From NCBI RefSeq assembly GCF_006345805.1, contig NC_042998.1, positions 131,440,001 through 131,504,000 of the forward strand: 64,000 nucleotides of DNA. The letters are read 5' to 3'. Shown here one piece after another: positions 40,046-53,162 of the stretch. A program made the position numbers and the translations under genes. The notes below the pieces were generated by a model. That model made no database searches and was not told the DNA's origin. It saw only the letters and a list, made by a program, of their open reading frames with translations. How positions within the stretch are numbered: position 1 is the stretch's first letter; each line of letters opens with the position of its first letter. This DNA is from Octopus sinensis (Eukaryota).

Positions 40046-40339
40046 TTGTATTTCGGAAGGCAACAGGTTGGGTAGAACACTTGTCCTTAGTGTCATTGTG
40101 GTCTTGTATCTCTGGAGCTCTCTGATTGGACCTAATTGGCAGTATTTAAATACGATGTATTTATACTTAGTATACTTTTAAGTCATTCGTTCCCTTTTTC
40201 TTCATCTGATTTTATATAAAGTTTCACACTTTACGTCATACGTCACCTGCCTTTGTAATTTTACTTCATTCGACACCCTACTCCTGGATCGTAGGAGAAT
40301 TCGGACCAGATCCCTGAAGGTATTTCTTCTGACTCTTAA

Positions 40340-41236
40340 CGCGAAAACCCCGCCGAGTTCATCTCTGCTTTTTATATCCCCAGGGTCGATGAGTAGCGTT
40401 GTTGATGTAATCGTCTAACTTCACTCACCTCGAAGGTACTGGCTTTGTGTTTAAATCGGAAATATTAAAGAGTAACTGATTGACAGGCTCGCTAGAGCAC
40501 CGCACAAAATGGCTTACGTTCTTAGTTCAAATACTCTCGAGGCCGGCATTGGCTTTCATCCTTACCAGATAGATAAAGTAAGAACTTGTACAGAACTGGG
40601 ATTGATCGAACCGACTATTCCTCTCCTCACTATTGCTGGCCTTGTAAGGCGGCGAGCTAGCATAAGTGTGAGCACACCGGGCGAAATACTTAGCAGTATT
40701 TCGTCTATCTTTACGTTCTAAGTTCAAATTCCGCCGAGGTCGACTTGTTTTTCATCCTTTCGGGGTCGGTAAATTAAGTATCAGTTGTGTACTGGGGTCG
40801 ATCTAATCGACTGGCCCCCTCCCCCAAAATTCCGGGCCTTATACCTAGAGTAGAAAAGAAAAGAATATAGCTGGCCTTGTGAGCATCGAACAAAATATAT
40901 TGGAATATCTAATCAGAGGTGTTTAGTTAGAGCTCATGACATGAAATAGCTAGAAATGATATTTAGTTACGGCTTTTTATTATCTGAGTTCAAATCTCGC
41001 CACGGTCAACTTTCTGGTTCATTCTTTCGGGTTCAATAAAATAAAGTACCATCCAACGGAGATCGATGGTATTTACCAGCACATGACTCTGAACATTGCT
41101 TGCCTTGTGACTGAATTTAAAATAATTACAGGCGGAGATTTGGCAGAATCGTTAAAGCGTCGGACAAAATGATTCACAGTATTTCTTCCGACTCTCTCCC
41201 GAGGTGGATTTTGTCTTTCATCTGAAGAAAGAGTCT
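40340..41236 (+). mobile_element. Cluster of about five same-orientation SINE family B copies; best preserved at 40647-40860
   Basis: Repeated heads and B-boxes (AGTTCAAAT) and TTTCATCC-type body motifs at varying divergence. Confidence 0.7.
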
Positions 41237-41247
41237 AGTACTGAAGC

Positions 41248-41560
41248 AATACGTTGCTATTTGTTCCTTCTCGAGCCACGCCTGGCTCATTAGGGTCGGT
41301 TTCCAGGCTTTATTGGTGTATAGATTCCCTATCTTGACAGGACGCCGGTTCGTCGCAGGTGAGCAGCTAGATGCAGGAGGAAAGAGTGAGGGAAAGTTGT
41401 GGCGAAAGAGTCAGCAGAAGTTCGCCATTACCTTCTACCAGAGCCGCGTGGAGCTAAGGTGTTTCGCTCATAAACACACACATCGCTTGGTCTGAGATTC
41501 GAACCCACGATCCCACGACTACGAGTCCGCTGTTCTAACCACAAGGCCATGTGCCTCCAC
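41248..41560 (-). mobile_element. SINE C' (family C head and body, different 3' tail) with 11-bp TSD
   Basis: AGTACTGAAGC at 41237-41247 and 41561-41571. B-box GGTTCGAATCTC. Body matches family C; tail differs. Confidence 0.85.
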
Positions 41561-41984
41561 AGTACTGAAGCGATGACATAACTACTGCCTTTGTTCCTAT
41601 AAAAAAAGACAAAAAGAAATCTTCAAAAAACTTCATCACCATTATCATCGTACCATTATCTTCAACAAGAACAACAACTTCTTCATAGATATATCGGCAC
41701 AGTTTCAGAAATACGAAATCTATGGCAATCTTTGATTTCTTATTTTCATTCGATTTGTAACAAAGATTTATTTTTCAGTTTCTTGCGTAGTTTTTCTTTT
41801 TTTTTTTTTTACCATGTTTTCATTCATTTTCACGTTTAACTAATTCTCAAAACTTATTGTATTTCTTCAAATTACTTTCACTGAAATTTTAAAAAGAAAT
41901 ACGTAATACAATGTTTAAAAGAAGCTATTGTGTTATCACTCACTTGTTTTATTATATTTGTTGTTATTGTATAACCTGTGTCAT

Positions 41985-42037
41985 TATTACTATTATTATT
42001 ATTATTATTATTATTATTGTTGTTGTTGTTGTTGTTG

Positions 42038-42102
<65 letters not shown>

Positions 42103-42105
42103 GAT
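41985..42105. repeat. (ATT)n/(GTT)n compound repeat
   Basis: Directly visible. Confidence 0.95.
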
Positions 42106-42485
42106 ATTATTAACAACAATGCTATCATTATCATCATTAGCAACATGTTATGCAACACAACATTTTGAAGAATTTTGTTTATTTATGGTCGACTTTTCGA
42201 TTTATTTGCTATTGATTCTGCAGTTATTTTTGACATTGTTGATGGTGGTCTTCTGTGTATTGATGGTGTTGTTGCTGCTACTGATGCTGCTGCTGCTACT
42301 GTGAATGGTTTTATTGTTGTTGTTGATGTTTCTATAGGTGAAGTTGCTTGCTATGTTGGTATTGTCAGTGGAGATGATGCCAAGAATCCGCTGTATTACA
42401 AGATTAACTGTTAACAAGAATACATATATGTACATGCATATATTAATTTGTAACAATTGTAGTAGTAGTAGTAGTAGTAGTAGTA

Positions 42486-42535
<50 letters not shown>

Positions 42536-43158
42536 AGAGGAGAAGGAGGAGGTTGTCGCTAATAATATTGTTAATGACGAAGGTGATAATGTATAGAGAA
42601 TGAGAGTAGGTATGAAAGGGAAGGGGGAGGTGATGTTAAAATAGGATTGAGTGAGGAGAAGGTGGAGTGGAGTATAATCTATATACAAATCTTAATTTCA
42701 TTGAAAAGTGACATCGTAACATAGTGACATATATTCTCAGGAAAAGTCGGATGTTGCTTTATGCGGAAAGCATTAGTAATGAGAAAGAAATAGTGGAGAA
42801 AGAAGTGGGGTGGGAGAGAGAAAGAGAGAAAAAGAGAAGGAAAAAGAGAGAAAGAGAAAGAGAGAGAGAGGTGGAGAGAGAGGTAAAAGAGAAAATGGGA
42901 GGAAATGTGAAGAGAAAAACAACAGAATAGTCGATGAGATAAATCTTTAGACTTACAGAGATAAATTAAAGATATGAATGGTAAGGTTAGTATGTCTTTG
43001 TCGCCTAGCATTTCATATATGGTATGAAGAGGTTAAGAAGAATAGAAGTATGTCCAATAACGGAAAAATATTATCGAAAGTACTGTCCATGGCATAGGTT
43101 CGATCGAGATGCGATCTACTTCAATACACGCACACATAAACACACACACACACACGTA

Positions 43159-43387
43159 CAGGGTTGGCCAGAAGTCACCTCATAGTAAATCAAAACCACT
43201 TAATTCCAAGATTTATTTATGTTTAACAACTGAATGAATTTAATAAAAGCATCTAAATATGAAACATCATCAAAATTGTTCAAACTGAAATCCTTCTTGA
43301 GCGACACATTTTTCCAAATGAATAAAGTTGAATATTAAGTATTTATGGAATTTTAATTTACTGTCGGGTGACTTTTGACCAAATCTG
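43159..43387 (-). mobile_element. Tc1/mariner deletion derivative
   Basis: TA + CAGGGTTGGCCAGAAGTCACC versus the reverse complement of GGTGACTTTTGACCAAATCTG (17/21 match). Minus strand retains HLEKCVAQEGFQFEQF*, like a Tc1/mariner C-terminus. Confidence 0.65.
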
Positions 43388-44321
43388 CGACTCTGCCCTG
43401 TACTGTGCTCTCTCCCTCTCTCTCTCTTCCCTTTCGTTTTCTCTCTCTTCCTTTCTCTAATTCTTTTTTCTCCCCTTTTCCCCATTTCGTTTATTTTCTC
43501 TCTCATCCTTTCTCTAATTCCTTTTTCTCCCCTTTACCATTTTCTATATGTCCCTCTCTCTCTCTCTCTCTTTGCTCTTCCCTTACTCTCTCGTTGCTCA
43601 CACGTGGCTATCGTCCATCCTTCTTCTCCTCACGTGATCATCTTTCTTTCCCTTCGGTCTGTCGTACAGACCAGAAGGGAACCTGTCTGTCTCCTCTCCT
43701 ATCTTTTCTCCAGTCAAAGAATGTTCTTCCAGCGTTGGCCACCTTACCTCGTCTAGCTTAGCAGCCCTCACTGCTTGTTTCGCTGTTCCGTTTTTGTTAC
43801 CGGCTTTGACCCTCCGCAAATCCCAAATTTTATTTTGGTTCGCAGAGGCAATTATTTTCTCGAAAGCACATATTGCGAATTGCTCGAAATGTGGAGTAGA
43901 TAAACAGCCGACAACTTATGAAGGGTCGTTTTTTTTTATGTTACTTGTCTTGTTTTCCATTTGTTTCTCTTGTTGTTCACAAAAAAATTTGCCTTCGTAT
44001 ATCATGTTGTTTACGTTTTGTAACATCCTGTACCTATTTATGCATATATATACATATATATGTAAGTGCATGTATGTATATATGCATATATATATACATA
44101 ATAAGAAAATATTAAAAAAACTGTTTTAACATTTTCTTATTATTGTCAAAGAATGTATATATAAATTTCAATACCATTGTGACAACCAGTACTTAACACA
44201 ACAAAGTTTTTACAAAGCTTTTACATTTTACTTTTGACAATCTTTTTCTAAAAAAGTGAAACCGGTCAAGTGAATAAACATCTTTTAAAATGGCCTTTTC
44301 AAACCTTCTTTCATATATGTG

Positions 44322-44407
<86 letters not shown>

Positions 44408-44521
44408 CATAATATGTGTGTGTAGATAAATATATGTATATAAATATGTATATGTATATATAATATGTATATGTAGATATATATGTATATAATATGTATA
44501 TGTATGTATATATATATGTGT

Positions 44522-44568
<47 letters not shown>

Positions 44569-45613
44569 TATATATACGTCTATGTGTATATGCATGTATA
44601 TATGTGTGTGTGCCACTCTAATTTTGTCGAACTATTTGAAAGTGGATTGTTCAGCACAAACTGTAGACCAAATGATTTATTGTAACAGAATATTTTCACT
44701 AGAATGAAAATGAAAATCTATAGCATCGATATAAGCGATGTAGATTTCTCATTAATTCTCCATAGAAATTCTCTTTTACTCAAACTTTTGTCGAGACATT
44801 CACATCCAGCCGGCAGTTGATCTCGTACGACATTGCATGACTTTTGCACTCTGTACCAAACGGCAAAACCTGGCATTATTGGAATCTTCCACCAGTTGTC
44901 TATATTTTGAAAGATGTTAGTACTTCTTGTCTCTGGTGAACTTTAGATATGTCTGTCAGGACAACCTTTTCTCTGTATATCATTGTGGGCAGTCTTAGCA
45001 ACAATGCCATATCTCATGGTCTGGTACTATCGTATCAAGCAATGGGTTTTGGACAGTTGTTGATAATATGGGTGATAACTAATATGGCTCAGTCGATCAT
45101 TTCTGTCAAAGCTTGGATGTTTAGAAGCATCCTTTCTCTTTTGTTGATCAGATATTTAGAAATTATCTTCTGTTCTTGGATAGCAAAGATGTAGACATAT
45201 AGGTGATATATGATGTTGGCGCAGGAAAATCTACTGTTCCAGTTAATGGTGTAATAATTCTCTAGATAGTGAGTTATGTACCCATACGTGACTTTCTCTT
45301 GCAATGATAAGCATTTCTCTTTCAAGTCTCTGTTTACGTAGGCCATTCTAGGAATCATTGTTTTATTCAAATGGAACAGTTGTACACTTAGAGTAACTGA
45401 AATGACGAAAGGAAGCGCCAACATGACTTTTTGCGACACAAATAAACACACCATTTTACAATTATTTCAGTCCGTGCTGGAGCCGAAACACCAAAGAAAC
45501 GTTGATTAACTAGTGGATTCATTGTCGCCATCATACGTGATCCAGATATTAATATAACTATAAACACGCCATCATAAATTTAGCGTCGGACAGATATTAT
45601 ACGTAGGTATGTA

Positions 45614-45754
45614 TAAGGTTGTCCCAAAAGTTCGTAGAAAGTCTTGGAAAATAAGGGTCTTTATTTTGAGGAATAATTTTTGTTGTTTTTGTTAGTACTT
45701 GGCGAGTAAAAATTCAATTTTCGCAAGTGTTTACGAACTTTTGGGACAACCTAA
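45614..45754. mobile_element. 141-bp Tc1/mariner-type MITE
   Basis: 23-bp TIRs TAAGGTTGTCCCAAAAGTTCGTA / TACGAACTTTTGGGACAACCTAA (22/23 match), with TA on both sides. Confidence 0.9.
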
Positions 45755-46103
45755 TATTGCAATTCATTTTGGGTTTTCCACTTGTTCTCTTGTGTTTGGC
45801 TTCTATTTCGAAACACATCACGCTTTGCTATATTGGTTTCAAAAGATCTTACTTTCTTCATTGCTGATTGTATAGTATATGAAGCCTTGAGATATCAAAA
45901 ATAGAATTTTATAAGGTATACACATTATAGTGTCTCAATAGTACCAGTGCTGTATGGAGTGCGGCTCGTCAAAGAATACACACATTTCCTCTGCGCGTCG
46001 TAAAACGCAACTAAAAGAGATTGAGGTAGAATTTGCACTCTGACTTCGTAAAACCCTCGCTAGCAACGACTACCCAAAACAAACCAATGGTTTGGAGAGT
46101 TGT

Positions 46104-46158
46104 CACTTGATTAGTGCAAAGGTGTCATCCACTTGAGTAGTGCAAAGGTGTCATCCAC
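46104..46158. repeat. 26-bp direct duplication
   Basis: CACTTGATTAGTGCAAAGGTGTCATC then CACTTGAGTAGTGCAAAGGTGTCATC, then CAC. Confidence 0.9.
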
Positions 46159-46307
46159 CATGATGCAGCGACGCGCTGTTACAGCGCATGTTTCATACTA
46201 CTACTACTACTACTACTAATACAGCTACTGCTACTACTACTACTACAACTTTCCAGAATATTAACATGTTTATTTGTACACATATTTTAATTATCACATA
46301 TTTTAAT

Positions 46308-46518
46308 TATTGATTTCAAATTTTGGCAATTGACCAGCAATTTCAGGGAAGGGAATAAATCTATTACATCGATCCCAGTACTCAACTGGTATTTGTTTTT
46401 TCGAGCCTGAAAGCATGAAAGGATACCCTACCGGAATTTGAACTCAGAATATAAAGATGGACAAAACACTGCTGAGTATTTTACCTGGCGTACGAACGAT
46501 TCTGCCAGTTCGCCGCCT
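46308..46518 (-). mobile_element. SINE family B copy, type-1 tail
   Basis: Head AGGCGGCGAACTGGCAGAATCG, B-box and tail recognisable. Confidence 0.8.
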
Positions 46519-47206
46519 TACGTATTTCAATTATTGCTATTTCAAAATATTATATGTGACGTTGACAGACATATGTTGATAAGGAATAGAATTAAGTATA
46601 TAGCAAGATATAATTTAATATTTGACTTCCCCGCCATGTAATACACAATTTAACGTAGAAAGCATGGGGACTAGTGCTTACAATTTTGAGTTCAAGATCA
46701 TAAGATCGCGGACACCCTTCCTGGGGCGAGTGACGAGTTTTCTTGAACAAGTCACTACACTTCACTTTATTTGAGTTTACTCTACTGAAAACGTGAAAGA
46801 GTATCGGTACTCTCTCCCTCCAACTTCTTTAAGATTGGAAAAACCGAGAGAATACCTATGTCAGAAAAGAATTAGCGAAACCATGGTACACGCTTGCCAA
46901 GTCATACTTGCTAGTGAATGGCTTATGAGAGATATCTAAGAATGAATGCATAAATGTACGGATGGATGGATTGATTTATTTGTACGCTTGAATGCTTTTT
47001 AGTCCAAAAACGCGAAGTGATCAATACAAACATGTGATAGAAGTTCAGAAAATCGGATTGATTATGTTGGAAACTAAAGATTTCGTAAAGTTAACGAACC
47101 GAGCTTTCAAGAAGTAATCCAGTTTACCAGTATACGACATATATTTGTACGTGGCTATTCGGGGATACGGGCGTGTTTGTATGAAGGTATGTATATGCGC
47201 ACACAG

Positions 47207-47294
<88 letters not shown>

Positions 47295-47521
47295 ATGCGT
47301 GCGTGCGTGAGTATATATACATGTATATTCGGCACTGGATGTATGTGGATATAGAAGAACTTCTTTATAGAAATGTCCGATGATGGTTTAGTTGGTCGAA
47401 CCTTCGAAGTCACTCTCAATACTTTTCTTTTTAAAGGATAATAATTTTATACTCTACGAAATGTATTGAGTAATCCTTCTAGTTAATGTAAAAATATTTA
47501 TAACATAAAAACAAACTAACC

Positions 47522-47587
<66 letters not shown>

Positions 47588-47659
47588 AATATATGTATGT
47601 ATGTATGTATATATATATGCACACATGCACACACACACATACACACACACACACATATA

Positions 47660-47718
<59 letters not shown>

Positions 47719-48343
47719 CGTATGTGTATATCATAGGTGTGGATATGTGTGTTAGTGTGTGTGTGTGAAAGTATGAATGTGTGTATGTATAAAGTTTCCA
47801 TGTACATAAGACAAGTATACGCGAAGCAAATATTTCGTACATTGGCAGGTACGTAGTTTGCGACACCTGAGGCCAGTAATTTTGCTGACACCTAACTGAC
47901 ACCTTTAATTTTACATTGATGGGATCCCCCACGCAACAATACCGATCATATCATAACCACTACTATCACCACCACACCAGCCACGAGCGACGCAACTACA
48001 AACCACCCACAACTCCACCACGAAAAGCTTAGCCTACACCCCCACTTCTCCAAATATTATTACTACTGCTACTGCTGCTGCTGCTGAAGATAGTTGAAGC
48101 TATTTATATATACATGTGTGTGTGTGTGTGTATTTATAGATGTCTGTATGTAGGTACGTGTATATATAGTTTGAAATTAAATGCCTAAAAAAGAGGAATT
48201 TATGCAATGAATTTCATTGGTTTACAGGTGTTTCTGCTGTAAGATGCCATGCACTGAAAACTGAGTACTTATGCATCACTTTATTACTTCCTCGAAACTT
48301 CTAATACACACACAGACACACACACACACACACACAAACACAA

Positions 48344-48374
<31 letters not shown>

Positions 48375-48429
48375 ATATATATATATGCATATATATGTAT
48401 ATATGTATGCATATACATATATATATATG

Positions 48430-48487
<58 letters not shown>

Positions 48488-48530
48488 TATACAATATATA
48501 AGTATATATCTATAAATATATATATATGTA

Positions 48531-48804
48531 TATCACGGTGATCACCGTGACCTACCAGACTATCAGATGTTGCTACACATCGCTGGTCACAATGCGCTTC
48601 GCATTGTTTTAGCCTTCAAATGACGCCACCCCGCAGGCTAAGCGAGCAGGCCAGCAGAAGAAAGAGTGAGAGAAAGCTGCGGCGAAAGAGTACAGCAGGG
48701 ATCACCACCACCCCTGCCGGAGCGTCGTGGAGCTTTAGGTGTTTTCGCTCAATAAACACTCACAACGCCCAGGCTAGGAATCGAAACCGCGATCCTACGA
48801 CCGC
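48531..48804 (-). mobile_element. SINE family C copy, head truncated, ending at (TA)n
   Basis: Close homolog of 31389-31680. Confidence 0.85.
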
Positions 48805-49783
48805 TTAACTAAAAGTTCACTCAAGTGTAATACGCATTTATAACATATTGTATACATTTTTATAGCTCTAATACTTAATTATTACGCACGCGTGCACGTG
48901 ACTATGTGCGTGTGTGCGCGCGAGAGAGAGCTGTCAGGTTTGGTCCCTCTTACTATTCTGTATTCTAGTACAAACTTTGTCACCTCTGGTGTAGTGGCCT
49001 ACAACTAAGCCGCCGGCACCCTACACTGTTTACCGTGCAAAAGAGGTATGTTCGTACCAGGTAGAATTGAAATATATCCAGCGAAAATGAAAGAATTCAC
49101 TTCCAAAGAAGGCCTCAGTTCAAATAAATCTGAAGAGGAGAGCCACCTTGTTAGTTTTTGTATTTGTTAAGATCTTTTATCTTTTACTGCGGCCATGTTG
49201 GGGCACCGCCTTGAAGAACTTTTAGTTGAAAGAATCGACCCTAGTTCTTATTTTCTGCTTTTTTTTTATGCCTGGTACTTATTCTATCGGTCTCATTTTG
49301 ACGAACTGCTCGATTACGAGAACGTAAGCACAATTTGCCCGCTGACAAATTTAACCGCAAATTTAGACGCTAAATAGCTAATCGAACAACTACGTATATA
49401 TAAATATAAACAAACATTCGTTGTTTTGTTGTTTTCTTATTTTGTTTTTTTTTTCTATAAATGTCGGAATGTGTAACGTACGATACAAATAAGATGATAT
49501 TCTTTGGCGGACGCAAAAATACTGGGTAAATTACCCTTACAGAGAGGAAAAATTTGTCAACAAACAGCCATGGGACTATTTTATTAGTTTCAGCTCGACG
49601 GCTGTGGTAGAAACTGCAGTACCACCTGTTGCAGTTGGTACTACTTCAATAGAGCTATCGTGAATAAGGGAGTTTTATGTTGCCGCTTTTAATTGCATTA
49701 CTTGGTTTTTGACGTTGATTTGTCTTGAAGTTTTCATTTTCTTAAGCAATGTTTTAAAAAAAACTGTAGACCTTTTGAACTTA

Positions 49784-51066
49784 CGAGGGATGTTCAATAA
49801 GTAACGCCCCTGACCCACTTGCATTTGTCTGATCTAGCTGAAATTTTGCATGTGCAATTATTTATATCTCTATAGATTAAGTGGCAAATTACAGCTCTGA
49901 ACTAATTGTGGTTTCTGATTTACAGATGTTTGAACTGAGTCAAGTGTGAAATGGAGCCTGTTGAGTGTCGAGCAGTGATCTGGTTTTTGTATTTGAAAAG
50001 ACGCACACCACGGGAGACTTTTGATGAAATGAAAGTAACTTATGGTGATGATGCCCCATCATATGACCTTGTAAAACGCTGGCATCATTAATTCAAACAT
50101 GGTTGGAACTCTGTGGAAACAGCTCCCAGATCCCTTCTATCATTGATGAGGCATCTGTCCGTCAAGTTGAGGCTGCCATTTTGGAAGATCGACGCATAAC
50201 TATTTGCCAAATAGCTCATGAGGTCAAGATTAGTACCGGGTCTGTGGAAACTATCATTCATGACCATTTGCATATGCAAAAGGTGTCTGCCAGATAGATT
50301 CCCAGGTTGCTCACACCTTTCCAGAAGTAAGAACGCGTTGAGTGCTCGAGGATGAATTTGGAGATGTGCCAAGAAGATGAGTCAAAATTTTTCAAAAGAC
50401 TGATTACACAGGATGAAATCTGGGTCCATCACTATGATCCAGAGACCAAAGCCCAGTCAATGCAGTGGAAGCACCATGACTCACCTTCTCCAAAGAAGGC
50501 AAGGGTGCAGCCCTCCGCTGGCAAGGTCATGCTCACAGTCTTCTGGGACCAGGACGGAGTAGTGATGACAGATTTCCCAGCAAAGGGTACCACAATTACA
50601 GGAGCCTATTATGCTTCACTTCTCAGGAAATTAAGAGAAGCTATCAAAATCAAGAGGCAGGGCAAGATCAGCAAAGGCACCCTCCTCCTGCAGGACAACG
50701 CTCCGGTCCACAACTCGCGTGTCGCCAGATCAGAAGCACAGGTGTGGGGCTATGAACTTCTCCCCCATCCCCTCTACTCTCCTGACCTTGCACCCTCTGA
50801 TTTTCACCTCTTCCCAGCCATGAAGTTATTTTTGAAAGGAAAGCGTTTTCCAGATGATGCAGCCTTGATTTCTGAAGTCACGTTGTGGTTGGAGGACCAA
50901 GCTGGGGTCTTCTACAAAAACGGTCGCCAGAGCTGCATCAAACGATGGGAGAAATGCGTAACTTTGGATGGTTCCTATGTAGAAAAAAACTAATAACTGT
51001 GTCAAGTTTCGTTGCTCTACTGCTATGGGAAGTGGGTCAAGGGCATTACTTATTGAACGCCCCTCG
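49784..51066 (+). mobile_element. Full-length mariner transposon (1283 bp)
   Basis: 36-bp TIRs CGAGGGATGTTCAATAAGTAACGCCCCTGACCCACT match the right end at 32/36. TA TSDs at 49782-49783 and 51067-51068. Confidence 0.97.
49951..50993 (+). pseudogene. DD34D mariner transposase, inactivated
   Basis: ATG at 49951 (MEPVECRAVIWFL). Stops at 50089, 50295 and 50328; frameshift near 50130. Motifs ITQDE, LLQDNA and YSPDLAPSDFHLF, with 34 residues between the second and third D. Confidence 0.95.
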
Positions 51067-51195
51067 TATCTTGTTGCCGGATGCAATCCTGATGATTGTC
51101 GATGAGGTATGTGAGACTTTCTGGACTGTTCAGTGAGAACAATTTTGTGGATAGGTATAGCTCTTAATGCGGACATTTATAATATTTATAACTGT

Positions 51196-51432
51196 GCGGT
51201 AAAGAATCTTTCTTCCCAACTTTGTGGCAGTCCTATCACGTGATACTTAGAGCAAGTGTCCTCTGTTATAGCCCCGAGTCGACCAAATCCATGATAGTGG
51301 GTTTGGTAGAAGGAAACTGAAAAGAAGCTCGCTCTACAAATGAGTACATGAGATGATTTTGCATGACTGCTTCCTTCAAGGCATTGCCCCAGCATGGCCG
51401 CATTCCAAAGACTGAAACAAGTAAAAGAGATA
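51196..51432 (+). mobile_element. Degraded, internally deleted SINE family A copy
   Basis: GAGCAAGTGTCCTCTGTTATAGCCCCGAGTCGACCAAA body and GACTGAAACAAGTAAAAGAG tail. Confidence 0.7.
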
Positions 51433-51474
51433 CATGCGAGTGCGTTTAAAGGTGTATATATATATGTGCGTGTT

Positions 51475-51525
<51 letters not shown>

Positions 51526-51619
51526 ACATATATATATACACACACACACATATATATATACATAAATATATACATATATCTATACATATATATACATATA
51601 CATATATATATGTGGTGTT

Positions 51620-51677
<58 letters not shown>

Positions 51678-51682
51678 AATAG

Positions 51683-51719
<37 letters not shown>

Positions 51720-52418
51720 ATACATAAATATATACATACATACATATATATACATATATATATACATGTGTGTGTGTGTTGTAAGTACACATGTATGAAG
51801 TATACATATGTATGCATACCTATAGGCGTATATGTGTGTTTGTGTACGTTATGTGTATGTGTTAATATATGTATTTACATGTCAAACCTTGCTCTCTGGT
51901 CTCCTGGCAGTGTCAACTGTACAGCCTACGTTCTTCTCTTTCCAACACATTTCCTATGCCACCACCCAAACTCAACAAGTATTGCACATTTAGACTCTCT
52001 AATTAGTATGGAAAGCTGACCTTGTGACCACGACCCATGCTTCTCGATTACATGTCTCAGAAATTGCCAACCAGATTCACAAACTTGCTCATTGTATATT
52101 CTGTCCTAACACCTTTAGCACCTCTTCCCCTTGTCACATAGACTGGGTGATGTTTTTAAATACACACGCACACACACACACGCACACAAACACACATACA
52201 CACACGCGCGCACGCACGCACACACATTCTCACACACACACACACACACATGCATGCGCCTATGAAAAAAGGAAGAGAGAAAGAGTGAGAGAGAGAGAGA
52301 GAGAGAGAGAAACAAAGGAAGAAAAGAGGGAAGACTGCAAGAGAGGTTAGCATGGAGAAAAATAAAATAGACTTCAGAAAATAGTGGCTGCATAGATGGC
52401 TGGATTGATGAAAAGTTG

Positions 52419-52508
<90 letters not shown>
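52419..52508 (+). repeat. (GATA)n array
   Basis: Directly visible. Confidence 0.95.
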
Positions 52509-52985
52509 GAGACATATATACATATGTGTGTGTTTATATGCACATACATACATGCATACATACATATATACATACAAATATATGCATTTATTTACCACAC
52601 AGACACACACATATATACACACACATACACACAAGTGTGTTTACTTCCTAATATGTATACATGGAATATCAAGCTTAATGGACGTCCTGCTCTACTTATT
52701 AAGATGCAAGTTCTAAAAGATCAGCCTTCAACAACAAGCTTTTGTAAATTTTCGGATTTAATTTACCCATTAATGCTTTCTACTATGTTTATGTCTAAGT
52801 CTCACATCTGCTAGAATCAAGGTGAAACAATTGCTGTACTGATGACGACCGTTGATGCAGAAACGCATACACAAGGAGCATTTGTGTGTGTATTTGTAAT
52901 TTTGCGTATGTCTGCGTAGAGAGAAAGAGGGAAAAGAAGACAAACAAGAAGATGACGGACACACAGACAGTCAGACTGATAGATA

Positions 52986-53029
52986 TGTTTCTCTATTAGC
53001 CACACAGGGCTGCACACAGATAGAACAAA
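52986..53029 (-). mobile_element. Ultra-short LINE-B 3' terminus embedded in GATA repeats
   Basis: 52986-53020 matches 5972-6006 at 34/35. Flanked by GATAGATA (52978-52985) and (GATA)n (53031-53162). Confidence 0.85.
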
Positions 53030-53052
53030 AGATAGATAGATAGATAGATAGG

Positions 53053-53162
<110 letters not shown>

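Noticed and set aside
43375-43761. 128-aa Ser/Leu/Phe/Pro-rich ORF
   Set aside because: Arises from a CT-rich pyrimidine tract.
50826-51176. 116-aa minus-strand ORF and 83-aa plus-strand ORF at the mariner end
   Set aside because: Antisense or alternate-frame overlaps of the transposase and TIR; no independent evidence.
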